Assembly: GCA_043228905.1 (NCBI GenBank)
Contig: JBHGNT010000016.1
Coordinates: 1,178,001-1,242,000, forward strand
Origin: Azolla caroliniana
Lineage: Eukaryota > Plantae > Polypodiophyta
Direction of reading: 5' to 3'
Length of the DNA: 64,000 nt
Shown here in pieces: positions 1 to 10,957 of the stretch. Each line of letters begins with the position of its first letter. Within the stretch, counting starts at the first letter, position 1. The notes under the pieces are model-generated. The model was not told where the DNA came from. It saw nothing but the letters and a program-made list of their open reading frames with translations, and searched no databases. The translations under genes and the position numbers were made by a program.

Positions 1-345
1 CAAAACAAAAAAACGCCCAAAGTTGTCAGGAAAGTGACAACCAACTGTGTGCTTCACGTTTTTGCTTATAGACCAAAAAATAGCTACACAATTTAAAAGA
101 ATCAGCTGGCAAATAGAACAGTCAGAATGATATGCAATAGATCGATTTATTGCAAAATACAAACTCAAAACAAAAAACAAGTTATGCACATCGATAGATT
201 CCATAGACAAGAAGAAAACCCAAAGTTGTCAAGAATGTTATAGACAGTTGTGTGCTTCACCTTTTTTCTCATAGAACAAAAAACTGCCACATATTTTAAA
301 GAATCAGATGGCAAATAGAATAGTTCGAACGATATACAAGAGACC
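1..345. repeat. Degenerate tandem duplication, unit about 200 bp
   Basis: The blocks cccaaagttgtca...tgtgtgcttcac...aaagaatcag(c/a)tggcaaatagaa occur at about 16-119 and again at about 219-320. Confidence 0.7.
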
Positions 346-1016
346 AATTGATTCTCCACAACAGAAGACACCATGGAGATATGTATTCTTAAATGTTAAT
401 AAATAGTATCAAAATGTAAACTAAACATATGCTTCAATTATTATCTCTCAAGGTATAACCAGATATTTTGTTGGACAATAATCAACAAAGAACATAAAAC
501 ATAAAACACATAAGCTCTGAAACCATAACCTAGAAATATAAAGTCAGATGCTTCTATATTTGGTAAACACCAATACTATGAGAACTGATTTATTTCCAGC
601 TTCCAGATTCATTTATTAACAAAATGCACTCAACGTGTGGGAAGAATGCTCTGTAATTGATCGAATCGTTAACCAAAATATGGCTCCTATATAACAGCAA
701 ATATGTGAACGAAAATTAATGGAATTTATATATACAAAATACATGAATTCTATGTTTTCTAGTCTAACAGGTTTGTGATAAGAAAACATGCAATCAATTT
801 ACAATCCGAATTCAGACTCTCCATACAAGAACGTGATCAAAGAAAATCAATCAAATTGTATTTATCTGTCGAGTATTTAGATTGTCATAATTAAACTTTT
901 ACATTTTTGTAGGCGTCGATTGAAAACCCAAAAAACAAATTTGCCGAATTCAACGGCTTATACTATAACAAGGAACAATGTATGAGAAGGGGAAGAAGAA
1001 GAAGAAGATTGTTTAC

Positions 1017-1106
1017 CTGGTGCAGAGCGGTAATGGAGGATTCGTTGTGGCGCTTAATGTAGAGATCGTAGGCACTCCGCTTCAGAAGGAGGAGAACGCG
1101 ACGCAT
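1017..1106 (-). CDS. Probable first coding exon of an NADH kinase (NADK3-like) gene; the remainder lies left of this exon or outside the window
   Basis: ATG at 1106 gives 30 codons MRRVLLLLKRSAYDLYIKRHNESSITALHQ, ending at a CAG|GTAAAC donor. This resembles the N-terminus of plant NADK3 (recalled as MAIRKLLLLLKP...). No convincing second exon was found in 1-1016. Confidence 0.45.
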
Positions 1107-1333
1107 CACAGAAGCAACCAGAGTTTTCTAGACAGGATTTTAAGGCTGTGTTACCAGACAGATTGTTTTAGTTAGGGCTTTGTTCTTTGAAAATTGACAG
1201 GGGGGTTTAGGGCTTTGTTACTTTGAAATTTGACAGGGCTTCTTCAAGAGAGATAGATAGATAGATAGATAGATAGATTATATTATCGTCTTCGGAGGTC
1301 AAATATGACCTATGAGACCAAAAATATTACATT

Positions 1334-4300
1334 TCACGTGATATGTGTGAAAGTGAGTAGTGACTCTCGATGTTCAAGAACTTTACCAATGAATGTTGCA
1401 ATCGAGAGTGCACATTGTGGTTGTGAGAGGAATTCATGCAAAGATTGGGCTCGATCGAAGAGATGTGTAAAGCATGGTCGAATATGATCAAAGGCAGAGC
1501 ATTGTATCAAAGTGTGATACTCAGACTCGCGAACTTGTTTAGGGCAAAGTGCGCATAACCGACCACTCTCATCACTTATACCCCAACGCCCTGTTTCACA
1601 TCGCAATGCATGTGAGCTAAGTCGCATGGAAGCAATGGTTCGAATGGAAGATAACGGTATGGGCTCTAACATGTATGGATGTGTACGATTTCCCCGTTCC
1701 GCGAAGAATATGGTTTTGTAGTTAGGTGCAACATGTGTAGTATAATGTGTGAAGCGTGAGCCTCCACATTTGTCCCATGTCATGATACATTGGCGTTGCA
1801 AAAATGCCTCATTTACAGAGGAATCTAATGATGCATCATGAAGCAAGTGTCTCGCATCCCATCTACTAAACCATTTTTCTATATCTTGCATCCAACCGGA
1901 ACACAAAATTTTGCTTTTATGCGTCTTTTGGATCTTTTTGCTTGCTTCCCACGCAATTCTAGGAAGTCGATGTGAGGGACTTTTTTGAACCTTAAGCATG
2001 TATTCAACAACCCTTTCCATGGCCATGATCTCAATGGGAAGCGATCCCGTCTCAAGGAGGAGGAGGGTATAGGGCGTTTGTTTCTTAACTTGTAGAAACT
2101 TGGTAAGAAAATGCTTTTGGACATTTTCAAACTCTTTCCACATAGATTTAGGGATGCTACCGCCCCATACTTCCACCCCATAGAGAAGAACCGGTGTCAC
2201 CAAAGTGTCGAAAAGATATTTCTTGAGGACCCAACACTTAATATCTCCAAGATTGCATGTGTTCTCAAATGCATAGTATGCTCGCTTGCCCGCCTCTAAG
2301 CGGCGTGTAGCACATTCATTCCATCTATGATTTGAAGGAACTTCAAGGCCAAGATATTTGAAGCTTTCCACACATTCAAGTGGCTCATTGTTGTACATAA
2401 TGCATGGTTTATCTCTTTTTTGGCTCTTCACAAGCATAATCTTTGTTTTAGAGCTATTGACACTTAATTTAGTATGCATACAAAATTTTTCCAATGCCTT
2501 CATAAGCTTTTGTGCATCTCCTAAAGTATTTGCAAAAAGCACTACATCATCTGCATATAGCAAAAGCATAATCACAACATTCCCAATGGCAACTTCTTCA
2601 ACACATTCTTCCTTTGCAAACTTGGTAACCATTTCTTCCAATTCATCAATGCATAGACCAAATAGTGTTGGTGAGAGTGGGCATCCTTGCTTAACACCAA
2701 TAGTGCTTTTGAAAAAATCTGAAAGTTTATCTCTCATGCGCACACAACATATAACCTTCTCATAAATTCGGGAAATTGCAAGCATATATTCACTTGGCAC
2801 CTCAAGTTCTTCCATTCGCCTCCAAAGATGCTCACGAGGTACCATATCAAAAGCTTTCTTGAAGTCTACAAAGCAACAATATAAACCTTTACCTCTAAGG
2901 CGACTTTCCTCCATTAATACTCGAAGGGTGATAAGGTGATCAATGGTGCTATGGTGTTTCCGAAAGCCAGCTTGTCCATAAGCTCTCTTACCACTTTTTT
3001 CAGCCCATACACTTATCTTTGATTCCATTATACATCCAAATAGTTTTGCCATTAATGAGCCAACCATGATGGTTCGATAGTTGTTTACATTATTTATATC
3101 TCCACCTTTATGTAAAGGTTTGATCCAATTTGTAGTCCAATCGTACGGCATACCATGTTGCAATGCATCATTAAACATATCGCTTATCCATATATGTGCT
3201 TCCTTTCCCGTCCATTTGAGCATTTCAGCCTTTATACATTGAAGATCGCTTGCCTTTCGAGAGGCCAATTTCTTAAGTCCTATGCATATATCTTCAATTG
3301 TAAAGAAGGGAGGCATATGTGAAAGAGAACCATAACACATCATCTTTCCGGCAAGAGATAACTCATATAAATTCTTACAATGCATAGACAAGTCGTGAAG
3401 AGTTAAGTCACCATAACTCTCAATACGTTTTCCCTTTAGATTTCCCCAAAATTTAGCACATGCATGTGCTTTCTCTTGCGTTTGGATAAGTTGTTGAGTA
3501 ACTTCCCATATTCTTCTCTTTCTTTGAATAAGCCTTTTATACTCATGCAAATGCTTTTGGTAATTCTCTTTATCCTTAACTACATCCAAAACCATAAGGC
3601 ACTTTCGAGCTTCATGACATTCTTTATCAAACCATTTTTTCCTAAGTTTCTTGGTGCATTTCCAAGATGTGCGATTGGTCGAAAAACATTTGTTTGTACA
3701 TGAGAGAATGACTTTCTTGAAAGCTTCCCATTTGCATTCTAGTGTGGCACCATGTTGTATCTTTGTCATTTGTAACATATCCTCAACCATCTTGGAATAC
3801 ATGGGTGCTCGCTTAAGGTTCATGCTCAAGTGCGGTTGTTTATTATCTTCAATAGCCTTCTCACAATCAAACCTATGCATACATTTGAGATCGATACATA
3901 AAGGCCTATGATCGGATTCCGGTGTCCATTCACCAAGTGAGAATTTATGTATACGATCCAAAATACATTCGGAAAGTAGCACATAGTCAATCACACTATT
4001 TCCATTGTGTTTTCTACATGTAAAACCATTAGTGTTGGGCCATAAGGAAATACCATTTGCAATAAGCAATCCGGTACTATTGCACATTTGTAGGAGTAAT
4101 TTCCCAAATTGGTCCGGATCTTTTTCATCGCTAGAAGAGCGGTTATACATTTGCATATCCTCTTGCATCCTTGAGATATGTGGCATGAAAGATTCTTGTG
4201 AATCAAGTTGGAAACTTCTTGTACGAGCATTCATGTCACCAAAGACAATAACTTCCCCTTTGGATTTGAAATAAGCAATATCATCTTCTAGATTGGCAAA

Positions 4301-4708
4301 AGGTTGATCTTTATCCAAACAAGCATAAAAGTTAGAATCTTGATGAGGGATGTAACATCCAACTACAAAAGTGGGCAAATCATTAGGTGTTTCTATTTTG
4401 AGCCATATGTAGCATTTATTTTCATCATTTTTTATGATTGACACATATTTCTCTATTTCCTTCTTAATCAAACATGCCACCCCTCCTTGTCCTCTTCTTT
4501 GTCTTGGATTTTTCTTCCATATCAAAGAGTGTACATTATAGTTTCCTAAACCTTGAATCCTTTGAGTATCATGCTCCCATGTCTCAACAAGAAGTGTGAT
4601 ATCCGAGTCATCGGTGAACTCCTCTATGCCAAATCCCGCATTCCATGGGTATCCATTGCAATTCCAAAAGCATAGTCGTAAAAGGCGTGGGTTAGTCTCA
4701 TAGATCAC
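1334..4708 (-). CDS. LINE ORF2 (APE endonuclease + reverse transcriptase + C-terminal Cys/His motif), 1124 aa, no AUG start
   Basis: APE motifs WNCNG, ETW, GDMNAR, IDY, SDH. RT motifs QAGFR, FVDFKKAFD, GVKQGCPLSPTLF, YADD, FKYLG. The annotated start is GTG. Confidence 0.95.
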   Translation of the reverse strand: MIYETNPRLLRLCFWNCNGYPWNAGFGIEEFTDDSDITLLVETWEHDTQRIQGLGNYNVHSLIWKKNPRQRRGQGGVACLIKKEIEKYVSIIKNDENKCYIWLKIETPNDLPTFVVGCYIPHQDSNFYACLDKDQPFANLEDDIAYFKSKGEVIVFGDMNARTRSFQLDSQESFMPHISRMQEDMQMYNRSSSDEKDPDQFGKLLLQMCNSTGLLIANGISLWPNTNGFTCRKHNGNSVIDYVLLSECILDRIHKFSLGEWTPESDHRPLCIDLKCMHRFDCEKAIEDNKQPHLSMNLKRAPMYSKMVEDMLQMTKIQHGATLECKWEAFKKVILSCTNKCFSTNRTSWKCTKKLRKKWFDKECHEARKCLMVLDVVKDKENYQKHLHEYKRLIQRKRRIWEVTQQLIQTQEKAHACAKFWGNLKGKRIESYGDLTLHDLSMHCKNLYELSLAGKMMCYGSLSHMPPFFTIEDICIGLKKLASRKASDLQCIKAEMLKWTGKEAHIWISDMFNDALQHGMPYDWTTNWIKPLHKGGDINNVNNYRTIMVGSLMAKLFGCIMESKISVWAEKSGKRAYGQAGFRKHHSTIDHLITLRVLMEESRLRGKGLYCCFVDFKKAFDMVPREHLWRRMEELEVPSEYMLAISRIYEKVICCVRMRDKLSDFFKSTIGVKQGCPLSPTLFGLCIDELEEMVTKFAKEECVEEVAIGNVVIMLLLYADDVVLFANTLGDAQKLMKALEKFCMHTKLSVNSSKTKIMLVKSQKRDKPCIMYNNEPLECVESFKYLGLEVPSNHRWNECATRRLEAGKRAYYAFENTCNLGDIKCWVLKKYLFDTLVTPVLLYGVEVWGGSIPKSMWKEFENVQKHFLTKFLQVKKQTPYTLLLLETGSLPIEIMAMERVVEYMLKVQKSPSHRLPRIAWEASKKIQKTHKSKILCSGWMQDIEKWFSRWDARHLLHDASLDSSVNEAFLQRQCIMTWDKCGGSRFTHYTTHVAPNYKTIFFAERGNRTHPYMLEPIPLSSIRTIASMRLSSHALRCETGRWGISDESGRLCALCPKQVRESEYHTLIQCSAFDHIRPCFTHLFDRAQSLHEFLSQPQCALSIATFIGKVLEHRESLLTFTHIT

Positions 4709-4714
4709 GTGTCC

Positions 4715-5584
4715 CTATTTGCCTACATTTCCATCTTTAGGCACATCCTTAACCTTGTTTTTCAATCTTTCTTCATATGCTTTACGACGAGCATTTTGTT
4801 GTGAGATAGTACGATCTTCACTCACAAAGCATTGTGTACCTTTGAGGTATACCCAACTATTTTCGAGTATGATCCGCCGCTTTGTATCATCTGTCATTGT
4901 GCATACAATAGGCCTTTCTCCGGAGCGACTAACACCATGTTTCCCAACTCGGTGTGCCCCATATACATTCACATCTGACATCCCATAATGCATGCTAAAA
5001 AATTCACCAATGGCCTTTCCAAGGGATGCGGGTGTTTCAATACTCTCTTCTTTAATCCCACGGATGACAATGTTCTTTGATCGTCGTTCACGTTCTTTCA
5101 ATTCTCGGACATCTATGTTTTCGATATTCTTCTCTTGATGCATCACATGCATATTAGATGAGTTTGATAGCACATCCCCACCACATACATCGGCCCATGA
5201 CTTCGTTGTACATACATTTTTCATCTCACTTACATCCCGCCTCATCGTGTCCAATTTTTCTTCTTTTAATGCTTCCTTTAACTCAATCTTGTTAAGGCGC
5301 TCATTTGTTTCAAAAGAAGCTCTTTTACATTCTTGAATCTCTTCTTGAAGTTTTGCAACCACTTGTTTAAGACTTTCATTCTCAATGACAACACTTTGGA
5401 GCTTAGTATTCTCTTTCATTAACGTCCTAATCTCTTCACCTTGCTTGTTTATGGTTTCTTGAAGAGAAATCAAGTGACTCATAAGCATTTTGTCCATTGC
5501 ATTAGAATCAAGATTTGTTGGTGATCTCGGCTCATTATCAATTATACCCCCAAACTTTGCGGCGGTTTTACGAGTATTTGCCAT
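4715..5584 (-). CDS. LINE ORF1 (coiled coil + RRM-like nucleic acid chaperone), 289 aa
   Basis: A heptad-rich N-terminal half is followed by ERERRSKNIVIRGIKE, HRVG, RPIVC and FVSEDRT motifs typical of LINE ORF1p. Confidence 0.9.
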   Translation of the reverse strand: MANTRKTAAKFGGIIDNEPRSPTNLDSNAMDKMLMSHLISLQETINKQGEEIRTLMKENTKLQSVVIENESLKQVVAKLQEEIQECKRASFETNERLNKIELKEALKEEKLDTMRRDVSEMKNVCTTKSWADVCGGDVLSNSSNMHVMHQEKNIENIDVRELKERERRSKNIVIRGIKEESIETPASLGKAIGEFFSMHYGMSDVNVYGAHRVGKHGVSRSGERPIVCTMTDDTKRRIILENSWVYLKGTQCFVSEDRTISQQNARRKAYEERLKNKVKDVPKDGNVGK

Positions 5585-5852
5585 TGAAGGGACAAACCCT
5601 ATGGGAAAAGAGAGACAGAGAGGGAAGGAGAGAGAATGTACCTTTCACTCGATTTAGGGCTTCAAAATCTACCTTCCGTTTGAGGAACCGTGGGGTAAAG
5701 ATGGCTGCGGATGAAAATGCTCATAACTTCTCGCTACGGTAACGGAATTCAGTAAATGAACATTCTTTAGAAAGCTCTCTCAAAGAGCTTTCCAACGAGC
5801 TATAGAACGTAGAAAAAAAAACGATGGCCGGAGTGAACTTACAGAGAGCTTT

Positions 5853-5892
<40 letters not shown>

Positions 5893-7408
5893 ATTCAAAA
5901 AATAATTATATGGATACATAGATTATTGGCATGTGTGAATGTGTGCTTATCACAAATTAGAAGGTGTGAGTCGTGACCATCCGTCCGCCCCCGCCCGGCT
6001 GATACCAATCTGTTTTAAGGGCATCATGATTGATGCACACACAGATTGATTGTCTTGTCCAACACCCCCGTGAAAAAAATGCTAATGGTAAAAAATATGC
6101 GTGGCTGATAGTGACCACCGATAAGAGGCCCTTGTTAGGTATCCAGATGTGTAGGAGTTATTGTGGATGCCTAGGGAAGGCACTTTGTAAATCGTCTCGA
6201 GAAGTCCCACATGGGTCCCTACATGTTGACATCAATAACCTCTTTAGTAAGGTGCGTTGAGAGGGAAGTTTTCCTATGCATTGAAAGGGTTGCGCAATGG
6301 TAGAGAGACGTGTTTGTGTGTTTGAGGATGGGAAGGGGTTACATGCCCGTCCTTTAATAGAAATGTGCTCCGCCCAATAATCCCATGACAAACATGTTGG
6401 TTCCTTGTGATATCATACCATTTGTCCATCACATTATGGTGAAGCTCAAGCATACCATAGGTGAGGGAATATATTTATCATGTAGACTTGTCTAGTGTTC
6501 AAGGTGAAACGTCCAAAATAGATACATGGATGAATTTGTTCCTCGTTCCTAGCAATGATTGAATCTTCCAAAATAGATACGTGGATGAATCTATTCCTCA
6601 TCCCTAACAATGATTGAATCCATGAATACAAACATGTTCCATTGTTTACTTTATCCGTAAGGATAAATATATTGATGCCCATGTCAGTGGTATCATGAGT
6701 CGTTTCTAGATAGGACGAAGCTCATCCAAAGTTAATGATTTGTTGTGATCATATAACTTGAAGGAGTAATTAGAATTCTCTTATGCACTAACATTGGTAA
6801 TATTATTATTAGAAGTCACAAAGTTCTTGTAATTGAACAATTGTTGTTAATCAAATGGGTTGAGAGTGCAACCCTCATTCCATACCTCTCTCATTGTCAT
6901 AGCTTGCAATTCATACTCGATGAAAACGTATTGAAGGCATAAATGTTAGTGCCAACTTATTGAAATGGAAATGCTCGAGAATGTATAACTTGTCTCGAGG
7001 ACTTAACGGAATAACGGGGAAAACTATGTATGTAATACACACAAGTATTTTTTTGATCAATCTCCACAAAATTCTTTTGAGTTTTCAGTATATATCCCAG
7101 ATGCCCTTGGTCAATCTTGAAATGAGTATACACATTGTTAGAGAGATCATTTGGATTAATTGTCTATCGCCTCTCAATTGGGTATGCCCTATACATGGGC
7201 TCAATTTAATTCATAATCTCTGTTTTTGGGGGGGGATTGGCCAAGGGCACATCGTGGGATTAAAGAAGACCTTGACGGAGCTTTAAAATTGCCTATGTTT
7301 CGCCCGATTATATATGCCATATTCAAGCATTCATACAATCAAGTCCATCTTATTGGTTGTACTTGTGGTCCTCCAATGGGCCATATTTCACCTTTATGTA
7401 CCATAATG

Positions 7409-7411
<3 letters not shown>

Positions 7412-7497
<86 letters not shown>
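7412..7497. repeat. (TC)n microsatellite
   Basis: Perfect TC run of about 85 bp. Confidence 0.95.
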
Positions 7498-7499
<2 letters not shown>

Positions 7500-7696
7500 G
7501 TGAAAACACACAATTATATTAATAAATGTGTGTGAAAAACACTATTTACAATGGGTGTCACAATGGAGTATGGTCACTCACTAACTCTCTTCTTCTTCTT
7601 TTGGTGAAAACGCACTATTATATTAATAAATGTGTGTAAAAAACAAGTCTAGTTACAATGGGTGTGCCAATGGAGTATGGTTACCCACTAACTACA
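7498..7696. repeat. Two tandem copies of a unit of about 90-100 bp
   Basis: ttggtgaaaac...tatattaataaatgtgtgt...acaatgggtgt...caatggagtatggt...cactaact at about 7498-7586 and 7601-7693. Confidence 0.85.
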
Positions 7697-7957
7697 CTAC
7701 ATGGGTAGTGGAACATGTTGAATTGCCAATAGGCAAGACAAACACTCCCCTGAGGAAAGAATTTCCATTTGCTCCAATAAAGAAAATTGACACATTAGTA
7801 CTTCCTTAAACTTTTGTAGATATGCTTTCACTCCATGTCTACTATTGAATACAAAAGGGTTGCACATATTCCAATTACGACGCAATCCCCGATATCTCAA
7901 AAATAAAAAAACGATCTCCATCTCTGATTTTGGTGTGTAAATTGTGCAAACACCCAT

Positions 7958-8800
7958 TGTCTAGGAGTCACAGACACACCAACGCTAGACTACGACAAAG
8001 CATAGATGACGAGGCTACGACCGATAAGGTTACGAACATGGAACTCGATGTGATGAGGGTAGAAACTCAAGATGTTGGGAGCGACGAGAAGAGGAACTTA
8101 AGAAGCTGGGAACAACACAAGAACATAAGACATAGATGTAAATAAAGGAGAGAAGATGGGGTGAAACGAGAATACTAGATTGATGTGTCAAAGAACTCTA
8201 GAAGTTGTGAGCGATGAGACTATGAATTTAGGGAGCTATGGAGAGCATGAAGACAGAGATGAAGAACGAGACAATATGGAATCACGCTCGACTATGACAA
8301 AGCATAGATGACGAGGCTACGATCGATAAGGTTACGAACATGGAACTCGACGTGATGAGGCTAGAAACTCAGGAAGTTGGGAGCGACAAGAAGAGGAACT
8401 TACGAAGTTGGGAACGACACAAGAGCATAAGACAGAGATGTAAATAAACAAGAGAAGATGGGACGAAACGACAATACTAGATTCAGGTGTCAAATAACTC
8501 TAGAAGCTGTGAGTGATGAGACTATGAACTTAGGGAGCTACGGAGAGCATGAAGACAGAGATGAAGAACGAGACAAGAAGGAATGGAACAAGAATACTAG
8601 ATTGATATGTCAATGACTGGCGTTGAATCCCTTAAAAGGGACCAAGGAGGTTACAAGTATTTATACAAGTTCTGAGATTGAGTATCTCTAGAATATACCT
8701 GACAAATATCTCTAGAATATACTCGTATAGAATACACCATAGAATATTTCTAGAATACATTAAGGCTTTAGAATATTCTAGAATATATATGTTGATGACA
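7958..8800 (-). mobile_element. Probable solo LTR containing an internal tandem duplication of about 301 bp
   Basis: TGTC...GACA termini, a minus-strand TATAAATA at about 8658-8665, and tctagaa-rich U3-like sequence. The unit at about 7989-8273 is repeated at about 8290-8576. No clean TSD (ccat versus ctaa). Confidence 0.6.
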
Positions 8801-10957
8801 CTAAATATCAAGTAACACTATGTGATAGAACTTGCCAAATTTGAGAAATGTAACTCCAAATCTGAAAAGCAATTGGACATTGTATAAATCTATGAGTATT
8901 ATCTTCCATTTGAACAATGCAAAAGAAGCAATTACCTATTGCTAGTCCACTACACTTTAGAGCTAATCCCAAAATTTGCCTTGGGCGTACCCTCGTTGCC
9001 GCTCACTCAAAACTTTGTCGCTGAACCGGATGGCGAACCTCATTCCACCTTCGTCCTCCTGGTTGATCACCCACCTGATTCTAGTTGGACACGTCACGTA
9101 TATCGAGGACTCCTTCCAGAGAGCAAAAGCCTTCGTCAGCATCCCCTTCAATCTCCTCATTGCCTTTGTGTGCTCTTCTCCCCATTCGAACTTCCGCCCT
9201 TTCTTCAGTAGGTTGTACAACAACTCTACAATATGCGCGTAGTGGGCAATCCAAATGTGGTAGAAGGTACACGCTTCTAAGAATTGTCGAACCTCCGTGG
9301 TCGACCTGCATTCCTCCTTCATCGTTGAGATGGCCTCTACCTTCCTCAGAGAGGTTTCTAACCGTAGGGTCCACACAAGTGACCGACCACTAGGATCTCC
9401 GATTGTCCAAATGCTAACTTATCCCTCAAGAAGGTAAGACGTGCACCTTTGAGGCTCTGTAGTATCTTCTCACAATCGGCGATGTGGTCGGCCACGAACT
9501 TTTGGGATCCGTCCTCCCCAACCGTCTCATCCTTCATATCCTCTGGACACCTCTTTATCGGGATGTCGTCCAAGAATGGCATGGTGATGTCCCGGACCTT
9601 ATTCATCGCATTCACCATGTGGACCACTGAAATTGTTCCTCCCTGTGGCTGGGTATACATCCGAACTAAGTCGAGAGGGGTTCGCATTGTCGTGATGTCC
9701 CCACTTTCGACGGCTAGTTGGAATTGGTCATACCTGGAGTATAAGTCGCTGACCGAGTAGGTCGACCTTCCAGCGAAGGCCGCTACAAACTCGTCGATGG
9801 TTAGCCCGACCCCTACATTTCGGATTGTCACTTTGTTGATAGGTTGCACGTCTTGTATGAAGCGCAACATATCATTCTTCTTTGGCACTGTGAACCACCG
9901 ATTTGAATATGGGGCACTCGACAATTCGAGGATCCCCATCTCAATCTTCTCCTTGAGTAGCTCCATCATATTTGGGATGTGAGCTCTCGGCATCGGAATC
10001 GGCTTCAGGTTCCACGATACATGTGGTATCATGAACATCATCATCGTTTCAATGATAATCGAGTCAACGCACCCAATCTCTTCCGGTGAGAACGCGAAAG
10101 CCCTCCCTTGAATTTCAATCATCCTTCGAAATCGATCCTCCTTCGTAGTCAGTAAGGAGTCACCCCCACCGACCTTGAGCTTCCTTAGCGTCTCCTCGGT
10201 GAACCAATGCCCCATGTCGTGCGGGTCTTTCAGACTTGGGTTTGTCGTGACCCCCTTCGTCCACTCCCAATTGTCCTCCAGTAAGGGTGCCACAATTGGC
10301 CTCACCTTCTGGTTCACAATCTTGTACTTTGTGTCTACATGGGCGGTCTGATCCACCCCGACCATCCGTCACTATCTCTTCATGCATGTCGATCGAATGG
10401 ACCGGAATCATCCTCTCAATCTCCCCGAGGGTGGCATTGAATGAGACCGCCTCCACGGTGTCGTTGATCTTGTCATCGAGGCCCATGGCTTCGCATGCCC
10501 TTAAGCATCCCTCGACCCTTCATCTTTCTCGATTGACGATGCCGACTGTTGTACAACCTCCATTGTCGAAGAGCCAAAATTTCCTACCTATCGTACAAGT
10601 GTGAGGTTTCTTCTGGTCGTCCGGACTACCGCAACCCCACGCCTTAATAGCCCTCTTGAAAAATCCTCTCGGCCTTCGCTACGTAGAGTGTCCCTGTTGC
10701 GCTCGTGGTTCGGCCACATCGTCAAGAACTGGACAGAGTGCCGACCATCATAGCTCTTCACTTTCGCATACACCGAATTGTTGTCCAACACCTTTGTCTC
10801 CTTTTGGGCCACCGTAATGTATGGTTCTCCTAAGATTACCTGATGTGAGGATGGCTCCTGCATGAAGAAGTGTTTGTTGATCTTGACATCACCAACCTTC
10901 ACCCGGATGTTCGGACATGCACCGTGAAGCTCTTAAGCAGTGCGGGTTGTTGCACGT

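Larger units (their letters stand above)
1251..5855 (-). mobile_element. Full-length non-LTR retrotransposon (LINE), RTEX- or CR1/L2-like, with a (TCTA)n 3' tail
   Basis: Two long uninterrupted ORFs, a short 3' UTR with a hairpin, and a (TCTA)n tail at 1251-1278. The 5' junction abuts (GA)n at 5856-5890. The clade call rests on the C-terminal RLSSH..ETGR..C..C..E.EYH...C motif and the microsatellite tail, not on a phylogeny. Confidence 0.95.
6030..7950 (-). pseudogene. Possible highly decayed L1-type LINE relic
   Basis: Fragmentary minus-strand translations such as KLPSQRTLLKRLLMSTCRDPC resemble the L1 zf-RVT region. Many stops and frameshifts; boundaries are approximate. Confidence 0.3.
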
